A stretch of 32,000 nucleotides of DNA from Candidatus Saccharimonadota bacterium (GCA_965228485.1 OZ245819.1:870001-902000), one strand, 5' to 3'; positions 1 through 8,763 are shown, counted from the first letter of the stretch. Translations and numbers: made by a program. The notes: a model not told the origin generated them from the letters alone.

Positions 1-252
1 AATTTCGACAGTACTAGTTTGTCCATCATGATCTTTTTCACTATTGAATGCTAACTTTCGGTTCTCTAATCTGATAAGAATATTTTTATCAATTAACCGT
101 TCAAACATTACAGAGGCAGACCTTGGAGACTTGTATCCCATGAGGTTCATAAGCTCTCTACAAGAAGGCATCTTCCCCATATGATTGATATGATCTCTTA
201 TACACTTAATGGCCTCGGCTTCTTTGCTGTCTAGTTGTGATGAATTTATCAT
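1..252 (-). CDS. lexA: LexA-family repressor, N-terminal winged-helix DNA-binding domain (5' part only; gene continues off the left edge)
   Basis: Absent from the ORF track because it is open at the window edge. Minus-strand translation from ATG (252-250) gives MINSSQLDSKEAEAIKCIRDHINHMGKMPSCRELMNLMGYKSPRSASVMFERLIDKNILIRLENRKLAF... This follows the LexA N-terminal pattern (E. coli ...[48 protein letters not shown]...). The S24 peptidase domain would lie outside the window and is unconfirmed. Confidence 0.7.
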   Translation of the reverse strand, partial: MINSSQLDSKEAEAIKCIRDHINHMGKMPSCRELMNLMGYKSPRSASVMFERLIDKNILIRLENRKLAFNSEKDHDGQTSTVEI

Positions 253-357
253 TGCATACACTAGTATACACTTTGTATTTTTTTTTGCAAGTATTTTTCT
301 TTAAAAACCTAAAAAAGCCTTTTTTATAAAGGGTTTTTTTGTGTATACAAACCCTCT

Positions 358-711
358 TTATTCTTCTTCTTTTTCCTCAAGATGGTAAAATCTCTTGAGC
401 GCATCTTCTCGTCCCGAAGATATTTTTTTTGATCCACAAATACCACAGACAGGGCGAAGCTTTCTACGAACCTCTTTAAGTTCAGGAGGAACAATGGCAT
501 TACAGTCATGACAGTAAGTTGCCATATTCACTCTTGGAAGATTTTCCCAGTCTGTTTTTCTGTAGGCTTCTAAAACCTCTGGAGTAAGAATTTTGTTGAC
601 TCCATCCATAGAGTCTTCCCAGTTTTCTAGGGCAATTTTTCCAGTCCCTTTTCCTTCTAGTTGAAATTCGTGCAAAAATGATTGTGGTGTTTGATCTTTT
701 TTATCGGCCAT
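358..711 (-). CDS. hypothetical cytoplasmic protein with C-terminal 4-Cys zinc ribbon
   Basis: 117-aa ORF with CHDC...(20 aa)...CGIC (two CxxC pairs) and an acidic tail. Its start overlaps the stop of the upstream membrane-protein gene (TAATG at 709-713), which suggests co-translation. No family recognised. Confidence 0.55.
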   Translation of the reverse strand: MADKKDQTPQSFLHEFQLEGKGTGKIALENWEDSMDGVNKILTPEVLEAYRKTDWENLPRVNMATYCHDCNAIVPPELKEVRRKLRPVCGICGSKKISSGREDALKRFYHLEEKEEE

Positions 712-1226
712 TATTCGGATGATTCATTATTTTCTAGAGGAAGTGTTGGATGTTGGAAAAACTTCTTTGCTTCGTGCTGACGATCTAGTTGATAATTTAA
801 AAATGTCGCTACAAGTCCTGAGATCTGAGCGATAAAAGCAATAAAAATTCCAAATCGGATTTCATGGTCTCCAAAATCTTTCCCGGTTGAGATAAGTACT
901 GACCATATAAGAACCAGGAGTAAGACTTGCTGTGCCCCAGCGGCAAAGTAAAGTGTGTTTTCTGAGAAGGGTAATTTTACCACCTCTTTTTCAAAGAGTC
1001 GATCTAGGTAAAGTAAAACGATTATTAGTGAGATCAAAAAAATAAAGGCTCCGATGAGAAACCCTGGTCCCTGAAATGCATTATAGAAAAAAGTAGCTTC
1101 ATAGGCTGGGTCCGCTTCAAACCAAGGGAAGAAACATACGACCAGAGTCACGAAATGCGAAAAGAAAATAACCTTTTTTTCAAAAGTTAATTCTCTAAAG
1201 TTTTTGTGCAAAAAAGCGTACTTCAT
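711..1226 (-). CDS. hypothetical integral membrane protein (about 4-5 TM segments)
   Basis: 171-aa ORF with several long hydrophobic stretches (VIFFSHFVTLVVCFFPWF, GFLIGAFIFLISLIIVLLYL, QQVLLLVLIWSVLIS, FGIFIAFIAQISGLVATFL). Overlaps the downstream gene. No family recognised. Confidence 0.55.
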   Translation of the reverse strand: MKYAFLHKNFRELTFEKKVIFFSHFVTLVVCFFPWFEADPAYEATFFYNAFQGPGFLIGAFIFLISLIIVLLYLDRLFEKEVVKLPFSENTLYFAAGAQQVLLLVLIWSVLISTGKDFGDHEIRFGIFIAFIAQISGLVATFLNYQLDRQHEAKKFFQHPTLPLENNESSE

Positions 1227-1274
1227 ACGCTCTTATTGTATCTGTTCTCACCAAAAAGCAAATTTACCTCTTTC

Positions 1275-1721
1275 TTAGTGTCCACAATCTCTATCCAAAG
1301 CCATTGAATGAAGTATTTGCATATCAGCATTTTTGTGTACTGGGGTCATTGGTTTTCTGTTTAGCATTTGAAACCATGAATTTTGAGGGAAGCTTTCAAT
1401 AGGCTCGATTATAGATCTTTCTGAGGGTTGGTCTCTTTCAAACTTTTTTTCCGTTACCACGATATTCCCAGCCTCAGAAATTCTTGCTACCAGCACCCTG
1501 GATATCCCGCTTCTTACAGAAGTCCCATAAACAAATACTGACTCGCTCCCTTTGGCAATGCACGGAACATTGCCACTCATGCTAACCGTGTGATTTACCG
1601 TTTCTCTAACAATTCGTTCTAAGATCGCTTGGCCTTGTTCTCGATTTTGAGCAAAGGCTGGATTGAAATTGCTTAGAGAAAGGATGGCTAATCCGGTGGA
1701 AAGTATATCTTTTGCTTTCAT
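1275..1721 (-). CDS. hypothetical secreted protein
   Basis: 148-aa ORF with an N-terminal signal-peptide-like sequence MKAKDILSTGLAILSLSNFNPAFA/QN. First gene of a three-gene minus-strand string (1721 to 358). No family recognised. Confidence 0.5.
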   Translation of the reverse strand: MKAKDILSTGLAILSLSNFNPAFAQNREQGQAILERIVRETVNHTVSMSGNVPCIAKGSESVFVYGTSVRSGISRVLVARISEAGNIVVTEKKFERDQPSERSIIEPIESFPQNSWFQMLNRKPMTPVHKNADMQILHSMALDRDCGH

Positions 1722-1812
1722 TTAATCTTCTTTTAGAACTTTTTTATAAATTTGTCAATATTTGTAAAAGTTTGCTGATTTTCTGGGTTTATTTAGGATA
1801 AGCTTTGAATTT

Positions 1813-3252
1813 ATGATAATGACAAAAAAGGTTTATCTAACGACTCCGATTTACTATGTGAATGATATTCCACACATTGGGCACTCTTACTGTACTCTTG
1901 CGACAGATACTCTTGCTCGGTATTGGAGAAAAGAGTTAGGAAAAGAAAATGTATTTTTTCTTACAGGAACTGATGAAAATTCTCAGAAGACGGTTGATGC
2001 TGCGGCAAAGACTGGAGAGGATATTTATGAATATCTAGAAAGAATGGCCACTAATTGGCGCTCCACGTGGGATCGTATTGGTATTAGTTATGATGATTTT
2101 ATTCGAACGACAGAGGAGCGACATGTGAGCACGGTGCATCAAATTTTCCAAAAAATATACGATCGAGGGGATATTTATAAAGGGACTTACAAAGGACTTT
2201 ACTGTACCGGTTGTGAAGCTTTTAAGAAGGAATCAGATCTTGATGAGGAGGGAAATTGTCCCGATCACAAACGTCCGCCAGAGGTTTTGGAAGAGGAAAA
2301 TTACTTCTTTCGTCTAAGTGCTTATACTGATGCATTGCTGGAGCTGTATGAACAAAATCCTGAATGGTTAGAACCAGAATCTCGAAGAAATGAGATTTTA
2401 CAGTTTATTAAGTCCGGACTAGAAGATGTTTCGGTGAGTCGAGAAACGGCGGAGTTTGGTATTCCGTTGCCAATGAATGAAAAGCATAAAGTTTATGTTT
2501 GGTTTGATGCTCTGATTAATTATTACTCCGCTATGCAGACGGAAGACCGAAAAGATTTTTGGAATCACGCTCATCATATTATTGGGAAGGATATTACTCG
2601 ATTCCACTGTATTATTTGGCCAGCTATGTTGCTTGCGGCAGGGATTGAAGTTCCTAAATCGGTGTTTGCTCATGGATTTTTTACGGTTGATGGAACAAAA
2701 ATGTCGAAAAGTCTTGGAAATGTAATTGATCCAGTGGAACTTGCTGATCAGTTTGGGAATGATGCTTTGCGTTCAGGCCTCTTGAGTTCTTTTGAGTTTG
2801 GGAATGATGGAGATTTTTCGGCTGAAAACTTTGCTCAATTTTATAATTCAAAACTTGCTTCAGGCGTTGGAAATTTGTTTAATCGAGTAACCGTTTTGCT
2901 TCATAAATTCATGGAGGGAGAGGCTCCAGAAATTCAGCATTGCAAGGAGTCAGATGAACTCGGGAAGCGTTTCAAAAACTTAGTGGAGGGAAACCAGCTT
3001 AAGGGGGCTTATGATTTTTTCTTTGAGGTGGTAGATATGGCCAACCAAAGACTTAATGAAACGGAGGTTTGGAAACTGGCGAAAACTGATCCTGAAGCAG
3101 CAAAAAAGATTTTTGCTGAATTATATGGTTATCTTTATTTCCTTACTGAAATGGCAGAGGTGCTTTTGCCAGAAAGTTATATAGCTATGAAGTCTATGCT
3201 CGGAGATGGTAAGAGTATTGGGAAGGCAGTGATTATGTTTGATAAAAAATAA
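1813..3252 (+). CDS. metG: methionyl-tRNA synthetase, short form without the C-terminal tRNA-binding domain
   Basis: Class I signatures: HIGH-type motif PHIGHSY near the N-terminus and KMSKS (TKMSKSLGN). Zinc knuckle CTGC...CPDH in the connective peptide. At 479 aa it ends after the helical anticodon-binding region. The start could also be the ATG at 1819. Confidence 0.92.
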   Translation: MIMTKKVYLTTPIYYVNDIPHIGHSYCTLATDTLARYWRKELGKENVFFLTGTDENSQKTVDAAAKTGEDIYEYLERMATNWRSTWDRIGISYDDFIRTTEERHVSTVHQIFQKIYDRGDIYKGTYKGLYCTGCEAFKKESDLDEEGNCPDHKRPPEVLEEENYFFRLSAYTDALLELYEQNPEWLEPESRRNEILQFIKSGLEDVSVSRETAEFGIPLPMNEKHKVYVWFDALINYYSAMQTEDRKDFWNHAHHIIGKDITRFHCIIWPAMLLAAGIEVPKSVFAHGFFTVDGTKMSKSLGNVIDPVELADQFGNDALRSGLLSSFEFGNDGDFSAENFAQFYNSKLASGVGNLFNRVTVLLHKFMEGEAPEIQHCKESDELGKRFKNLVEGNQLKGAYDFFFEVVDMANQRLNETEVWKLAKTDPEAAKKIFAELYGYLYFLTEMAEVLLPESYIAMKSMLGDGKSIGKAVIMFDKK

Positions 3253-3284
3253 TTATATGGTATAATACTAAGATTTTAATCTTA
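3239..3284 (+). promoter_or_regulatory. candidate sigma70-type promoter with extended -10, followed by a 7-2-7 palindrome, upstream of the 3292 ORF
   Basis: TTGATA (3239-3244), 16 nt spacer, TGg-TATAAT (3258-3266). Immediately downstream is TAAGATT-TT-AATCTTA (3269-3284), with perfect 7-bp inverted arms placed at about the expected transcription start. Sequence-only prediction. Confidence 0.45.
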
Positions 3285-3291
3285 ATGCAGT

Positions 3292-4551
3292 ATGTCAGAT
3301 ATGATTTCTCGTCATTATGAAGCGGCTAAGCAGGAGGCAAAATATGAACAAGTGTCAATAGATGGGGTTGATGTAGGGGCGTTTCCTGGGGGGCGTTTAG
3401 AATCTGGTCAAAAAGAGGCGATACAAGGCATTCTTTCTGGATGGAATATTTCGTTGCCTTCGGATGATTTTTCAACCGCTATTAGGAAATTTCAAGAGCA
3501 CTATAATAGGGCTTTTAATCGAAATTTAAAAGTTAATGGAAATTGGGGAAATCAAGTTCGATTTGCACTAGAAATTTACCATCTAGCTTTGAAGGCGGCC
3601 CAAGAATCAGGAGAATTACAAGAGAGAAATACTGCTATGATACCGCCAGCGGCGGATAGGGTTGATTTGTCTCAGCTGGTTGAAAATTCTCAAGATGTAA
3701 AGAGATATTATGGAGTGGCTAGAGAGAGATTGAGAGAGTCCAGAAATCCTAATGGAACTTTTTATTCCCCAAGAGTTTTAAAGTCAGGAAGAACTATTAA
3801 TTTAGGCGCTTTAAATACTGAGGGACATGGGCCCTATACGAGTGAACATAAAATACGGGATGTACTTGAGGATATGGGATTTAGTTCGGTTCGGGAGTTT
3901 GCAGAGGCTTATAATAAAAAATTTTCTCATCGTCCAGAGAAATTTGTTCAGCGATTAATCCAGAATGCTGAAAGTGTTGATGCCCGTTTGGGGAAAGAAG
4001 ATATTATAATTGGAGATGAAGATTTTCAAAATGTACGTTTGGCGGCCATGATTTGGAATGAGTATGAGAAAATTCCTCGAGATCCTAATACTCCGATTAT
4101 ATTTGGAGAGTATTCATTCTCTTTTAATCAATTGAGATCCTTTGATCCAAGTTTAAAATTGGAAGATGCACTTATTAATTCTCAGATTGAAGCTGAAGAC
4201 ATCGATTTTTTGATTAAAAAATTTCCTAATGGGAAGATTCCAAGATTATCTGATCGTATTGAAAATATGTTAGGCAAGATTGATTCTAGTCAATATGGAC
4301 GTTTAGATAGAATGTCTTTACCTGAGGGGGAGTACGATGCCTTGAAATCGGAATTGTTAGATGCGATTTCGGTCTTTGATCGAAACGTTGAAGGCTGCCT
4401 GATTGGTAAAAAATACACAGAGACAAGGGAAAGCATTCATAGGCTTTTATCAGGGACGGAGTCGGTTTATTCAGAAGAAGATGAAGAGATCTCTCTTACT
4501 TATGATGTCTGTGAAAATGTAGATACAGATTTATGTTATTTTGGAGGCTAG
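3292..4551 (+). CDS. hypothetical protein (orphan, 419 aa, no signal peptide or TM)
   Basis: Long ORF between metG and the tRNA-binding protein gene with coding-like composition. I recognise no catalytic motif. Residues about 45-95 (GILSGWNISLPSDDFSTAIRKFQEHYNRAFNRNLKVNGNWGNQVRFAL) vaguely resemble a peptidoglycan-binding-type helical repeat. That resemblance is weak. Confidence 0.6.
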   Translation: MSDMISRHYEAAKQEAKYEQVSIDGVDVGAFPGGRLESGQKEAIQGILSGWNISLPSDDFSTAIRKFQEHYNRAFNRNLKVNGNWGNQVRFALEIYHLALKAAQESGELQERNTAMIPPAADRVDLSQLVENSQDVKRYYGVARERLRESRNPNGTFYSPRVLKSGRTINLGALNTEGHGPYTSEHKIRDVLEDMGFSSVREFAEAYNKKFSHRPEKFVQRLIQNAESVDARLGKEDIIIGDEDFQNVRLAAMIWNEYEKIPRDPNTPIIFGEYSFSFNQLRSFDPSLKLEDALINSQIEAEDIDFLIKKFPNGKIPRLSDRIENMLGKIDSSQYGRLDRMSLPEGEYDALKSELLDAISVFDRNVEGCLIGKKYTETRESIHRLLSGTESVYSEEDEEISLTYDVCENVDTDLCYFGG

Positions 4552-4614
4552 GTTTTATTTTTGGATTTTATATTGTAATCAGTAGTATCTTTAGGAATTT
4601 TAATTTTTTAAATA

Positions 4615-5100
4615 ATGTTAAACTTTCTAAAAAATATTTTTGATAAAAAATCAGCTAAAAAGTCTTGTTGTGGCGGATGTTGTCAGCGTCAAAAATCGAT
4701 TGACTTGGGAATTTCGGATAGTGATAAAGAAGCGCTAAAAAAGGTTGCCGATTCTGTGGTGGTTGGGAAAATTGTAGCTATTTCCGCTCATCCTGATCCA
4801 AAGGTAACCAAGGTTCGGGTTACAAAGTGCGATCTTGGAAATGGGGAGACAGAACAGATTCTTTGTGGAGGGGCCAATATTACTGAAGGACAGGTTGTTC
4901 CTGTGGCAAAAATTGGAACAGATCTGGGCGGAGGTTTTGTAATTTCTGAAAGAGATATCCGAGGAGAAGTTTCACGAGGAATGATTTGTGCTCGACAAGA
5001 AATAGGAGTTACTGAGATTGAGTCCGAAAAAGGCGGTATTTGGCCTCTTCCAGAACAGCTTGAATCTTGCCTAGGGAGACCCGTCAATCAGCTTGTGTAA
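4615..5100 (+). CDS. stand-alone tRNA-binding (OB-fold, PheT-N/YtpR/Trbp111-like) domain protein with N-terminal Cys cluster
   Basis: Residues about 48-150 (VVGKIVAISAHPDPKVTKVRVTKCDLGNGETEQILCGGANITEGQVVPVAKIGTDLGGGFVISERDIRGEVSRGMICARQEIG) match the pattern of the PheT N-terminal tRNA_bind domain (xHPNADKLxVxxVDxG...VCGAPN...G..V.VA..G..LPG.F.I....LRG..S.GMLCS..ELG). The N-terminal 45 aa carry KKSCCGGCCQRQ. Confidence 0.75.
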   Translation: MLNFLKNIFDKKSAKKSCCGGCCQRQKSIDLGISDSDKEALKKVADSVVVGKIVAISAHPDPKVTKVRVTKCDLGNGETEQILCGGANITEGQVVPVAKIGTDLGGGFVISERDIRGEVSRGMICARQEIGVTEIESEKGGIWPLPEQLESCLGRPVNQLV

Positions 5101-5140
5101 AATTGACTTTTGTCAATTCCGCTCTAAGGTGTGAGGGTTC

Positions 5141-7525
5141 ATGAAACTTTCCTATTCTTGGCTTCGGCAATTTGTTCCACTAAAGGCAGATGCTCAAACT
5201 GTGGGAGAAAAATTAACCCTTCATACAGCAGAGTTAGAAGAGACAATTGAGCGATCCCATTTTTTTAAAGATGTGTTTCTTGGAAAGCTGGAAAAAGTTA
5301 GTCAGCATCCTGAGTCTGAAAAACTACATATAGGATCTTTTGATCTTGGGGGCAAAGAAAAAAAACAAATTGTTTTTGGTTCAGTTCATGTTTTGAATCT
5401 TGGAGAAATTGTTCCATTGGCTTTGGACGGGGCTACTTTGGCTTCCGGAATTAATATCACAAACACCGAAGTAAGAAGTCAGAAATCGGAAGGAATGGTT
5501 TGTGATAATCAGGAATTAGGATTGAGTATGGAGGGGCTTATGAAATTTCAAGACGAGAGTCTTATTGGAAAATCTCTGATAGAAGTTTCAGAGGCTTTTT
5601 CAGATACTTTGTTTGATATTGATAACAAAAGCCTCACTCATCGGCCAGATCTTATGGGGCACAGAGGCTTTGCTCGAGAGTTATCAGCTATTTTTAAGAC
5701 GAACTTAGTTTTGCCAGAGCCAGTAGTAAGCTTGCCTCGCAATGCAAAACCATTTCCGGTGAGTATTAAGGCAGATGGATGTCGTCGTTTTTGTGCTTTA
5801 CAGCTTGAGAATATTACGGTTAAAGAGGCCCCTATAGATGTTCGAATTATGCTTGAAAATTTAGGAGTTCGTTCCCTTAATAATTTCGTGGATATCACCA
5901 ATTGGATTATGTTGGAGTTTGGTCAGCCCATGCATGTTTTTGATGCTGATAAAATCCAGGGAGATATTGTGGTGCGTTTTGCCACAGAAGGAGAAAGATT
6001 AACCGTTCTTGATGGGAAAGAGTATGAGTTAACGACTGATGATATGGTTGTTGCTGATGATTCAGGAGCCATTTCTATTGCTGGAGTCATGGGGGGGCTT
6101 AGCACTTCTGTCACAGCTGATACAAAAAATATTTTATTTGAAGTGGCTAGCTGGGATCCTGTTAGAGTAAGAAAAACTTCTCAAAGACTTGGGATTCGGA
6201 CAGAAAGTTCTAGTCGATACGAAAAATCACTTGATCCAGAGTGGTGTAGAAAGGCTATTCTTGCAGCGACAGAAAAAGCTTTGGAATTCTGTCCGGAAGC
6301 AAATGTTGCTACTGATTTAACAGATGTTTATCCAGTGGTTTTTCCAAAAGTCGAAATTCAACTTGATCCAGACTTGGTGCGACGTTTTGCAGGAACAGAC
6401 ATAAAAGACACTCAGATCAATGCTATTTTGACCTCTCTGGGCTTCAATGTGAAAAAAAGCGGGAAGGGGTTTAAGGTTGAGATTCCAACCTTTAGAGCTA
6501 CGAAAGATATATCTCTTCCAGAAGATTTGGTTGAAGAGGTTATTCGAATTTATGGATTTGAAGCCTTGCCATCAAATCTTCCGACGCTTCCGATGATTCC
6601 TCCAGCCAAAAACATACTTAGAAACCTTGAGTGGGAAGCTAGGGATTTTTTTGCTCATGGTGGATACTTGGAAGTTTATAATCACTCCTTTTTTAGAGTT
6701 TCAAATGCGGATTTGCCTGATCAGTATATTCAGGTTGAGAATCCTCTTTCTGATGAATATCAATTTTTGAGAAAAAACTTAATTCTGAATATGGTAAGGG
6801 ACATTGAGTCAGAATTGAGAACTCATAATGACTTACAGTTTTTTGAACTTGGGAAAACATATATTCCTCAAGAGAGAGAGGTCTTACCAGAGGAACGTCT
6901 TAAATTCTTAGCCTTTAGAGCGAAGATGGGAGGAAAGGAAGATTCTATGTTTTTTGATCTAAAACAAGATTTAGAACAGTTTTTTGCTCAATTAGGGGTA
7001 GATTGTGATTTTGATACTAATACTGATCCGCTTGAATATGAACATCCTTCAAAATCGGCAAAAATTTTTGTAGGTGGAAAGTTTCTGGGAAATCTTAGCG
7101 TTATGCATCCACAGGCTGTTTCAGCTAAGAATGCAGTAGTTGTCTTTGCGGAGTTTGACTTTGAAAATCTGTGTGAAGTTGTGACTAATCGAGAAGAGAC
7201 TTATCGAAAAATTTCTCCATACCCTCCTGTTTATAGAGATTTATCAATTGTACTTAGTGAGGATGTGACTTTTGGGGCAGTAAAAAAACTTATTTTAAAT
7301 GAGAGTCAGCTGATCCAAAAAGTAGTTTTATTTGATGAGTATCAAGATGCAAATAAACTAGGAGTTGGAGTTAAAAATTTAGCTTTTCATTTAGAGTTTA
7401 GATCTTGGGATGAAACGCTAAAAGATGAAGCCGTTGATCAGGAGTTTGAAGTGCTTCTCTCAAAACTTAAATCAGAGTTAGGTGCTGTACTCCGATTGGA
7501 CTTTGATCAGCAACAAAAAGTTTAA
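5141..7525 (+). CDS. pheT: phenylalanyl-tRNA synthetase beta subunit
   Basis: 794 aa with a typical MKLSYSWLRQFV start. It has its own N-terminal tRNA-binding OB domain (HPESEKLHIGSFDLGG...SEGMVCDNQELG) and B3/4 and B5 regions (NNFVDITNWIMLEFGQPMHVFD, IAGVMGG). A C-terminal FDX-ACB-like region is present (PPVYRDLSIVL...NLAFHLEFRS). Confidence 0.92.
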   Translation: MKLSYSWLRQFVPLKADAQTVGEKLTLHTAELEETIERSHFFKDVFLGKLEKVSQHPESEKLHIGSFDLGGKEKKQIVFGSVHVLNLGEIVPLALDGATLASGINITNTEVRSQKSEGMVCDNQELGLSMEGLMKFQDESLIGKSLIEVSEAFSDTLFDIDNKSLTHRPDLMGHRGFARELSAIFKTNLVLPEPVVSLPRNAKPFPVSIKADGCRRFCALQLENITVKEAPIDVRIMLENLGVRSLNNFVDITNWIMLEFGQPMHVFDADKIQGDIVVRFATEGERLTVLDGKEYELTTDDMVVADDSGAISIAGVMGGLSTSVTADTKNILFEVASWDPVRVRKTSQRLGIRTESSSRYEKSLDPEWCRKAILAATEKALEFCPEANVATDLTDVYPVVFPKVEIQLDPDLVRRFAGTDIKDTQINAILTSLGFNVKKSGKGFKVEIPTFRATKDISLPEDLVEEVIRIYGFEALPSNLPTLPMIPPAKNILRNLEWEARDFFAHGGYLEVYNHSFFRVSNADLPDQYIQVENPLSDEYQFLRKNLILNMVRDIESELRTHNDLQFFELGKTYIPQEREVLPEERLKFLAFRAKMGGKEDSMFFDLKQDLEQFFAQLGVDCDFDTNTDPLEYEHPSKSAKIFVGGKFLGNLSVMHPQAVSAKNAVVVFAEFDFENLCEVVTNREETYRKISPYPPVYRDLSIVLSEDVTFGAVKKLILNESQLIQKVVLFDEYQDANKLGVGVKNLAFHLEFRSWDETLKDEAVDQEFEVLLSKLKSELGAVLRLDFDQQQKV

Positions 7526-7534
7526 TTTTACACC

Positions 7535-7732
7535 ATGTCAGAAAAAAGAAAAAAACGTTGGAGTTTACTTACAGGAATTATTGTTGGAGGTGCTGTAGGG
7601 TCAGTGACTTCGCTACTTTTTGCTCCAGACAAGGGAGAAAAAACTCGTGCAAAAGTGGCCAAGAAAGGAAAAGAGATGCTTGACGAAGGTAAAACGAAGG
7701 CTGAAGAGTTTTTAGAAAAATATAAAAACTAA
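7535..7732 (+). CDS. YtxH-like small membrane-anchored protein
   Basis: 65 aa. One N-terminal TM/glycine-zipper segment (LLTGIIVGGAVGSVTSLLFAP) is followed by a charged K/E-rich helix, the usual YtxH-domain layout. It starts 9 nt after pheT. Confidence 0.5.
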   Translation: MSEKRKKRWSLLTGIIVGGAVGSVTSLLFAPDKGEKTRAKVAKKGKEMLDEGKTKAEEFLEKYKN

Positions 7733-7735
7733 AGG

Positions 7736-8713
7736 TTATTTCATATAGTCCCTAGTCCATATGTACATATCCCAGAGGTAGTGGGATATTAGTGGCGTGA
7801 GGTATAGTGCAATTATGGCTGCCCAGAAAGTACTTGGGGCATTGTTTAGGTACTGGTAAGAAATATCTAAAAATCCTTCTTGTACTACCATTTCGGCCGT
7901 CCCAAGAGCGACAGCAGAAACGAGAACGAGTCCAAAAATAATTGAGAATTTTTTGGCTTTAAGTTTTTGTTTTTTATCTAACCTCCAACTGATAATTGCA
8001 ATGTACGGAATTCCGTGCCCTAAAAGAAGCGGAATAAATACAGCTTCTCGATAATCTTTGGCTCCAATCATTGCTAACAAATACAAGGCTGCAGGGCCTA
8101 GTACGGAGAAAAATCGATTTAGCTCTTTCTGGTTTTTTTTGAAATACAAAAAGGCTTCCCAAGCAAGCCATGCAATCACGAGCAAAATATATACGGCAAG
8201 AAGTGGGTATAAAATGGTGTTGGATGGATAGAATAGAATATCTTGATCGGTGTAGTAGGTAAATTCAATGCCCGTAGTAAAGTGAAGCATTACTAGTGGC
8301 ATAATTGTGAGGGTGTACAAGAAGAAATCAGAAGTCTTTCTCAGGTTTTTGTTGAGTCGTTGGTACCAACGAGAAACTCCATAAAATTGTCTAATATGGT
8401 GAAAAAAGGTGGCATAGACTACGGCACTCCATAATAGTGGAATTTTAAAGTAGTACCATAGGAAGATGGTTACAAATACGGCCACTGGAATGGCGTAAGT
8501 AATAAGCTTTGAGTAGATACTTTTTTCGGTGGCGAGTCTCCAGGCCGTTGTATATACATGTCCTGCATCTGCAACGGCTAGCCCCAAGAATCCAACGATT
8601 AAAAAAGTGATAGATTCCCGATCATTCATAAAGGGAATAAGCGGCAAAATTAGTAGTCCAGGAAACAGGACTAACGGGAGGTCGTATTTTGCTTTTCCGA
8701 GTATCCAATTCAT
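7736..8713 (-). CDS. hypothetical polytopic membrane protein (about 8-9 TM) with recurrent His motifs
   Basis: 325-aa strongly hydrophobic ORF. Histidines lie at helix ends: DAGHVY, FFHHIRQ, LGHGIPY, SHYLWD. No family confidently recognised. Confidence 0.6.
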   Translation of the reverse strand: MNWILGKAKYDLPLVLFPGLLILPLIPFMNDRESITFLIVGFLGLAVADAGHVYTTAWRLATEKSIYSKLITYAIPVAVFVTIFLWYYFKIPLLWSAVVYATFFHHIRQFYGVSRWYQRLNKNLRKTSDFFLYTLTIMPLVMLHFTTGIEFTYYTDQDILFYPSNTILYPLLAVYILLVIAWLAWEAFLYFKKNQKELNRFFSVLGPAALYLLAMIGAKDYREAVFIPLLLGHGIPYIAIISWRLDKKQKLKAKKFSIIFGLVLVSAVALGTAEMVVQEGFLDISYQYLNNAPSTFWAAIIALYLTPLISHYLWDMYIWTRDYMK

Positions 8714-8763
8714 GGTTTTTAGTCTAATTTTTTTTTCTTGAGAAGAAAGAAGTTTGCCAATTA

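Noticed and set aside
2419-2673. 84-aa minus-strand ORF inside metG. The same applies to similar antisense or shadow ORFs at 324-509, 4788-5087, 5638-5901, 5923-6114, 7974-8171, 8529-8741, 9669-9926, 9948-10166, 10473-10763, 11328-11519, 11964-12182, 15627-15857, 16464-16727, 16939-17739, 17998-18419, 20092-20298, 22689-22904, 26870-27106, 27201-27485, 27808-28023, 28653-28910, 29302-29541 and 30153-30389.
   Set aside because: Each lies wholly within, and out of frame with or antisense to, a longer ORF that has clear family motifs. Their translations are low-complexity or compositionally odd. They are typical shadow ORFs of AT-rich coding DNA.
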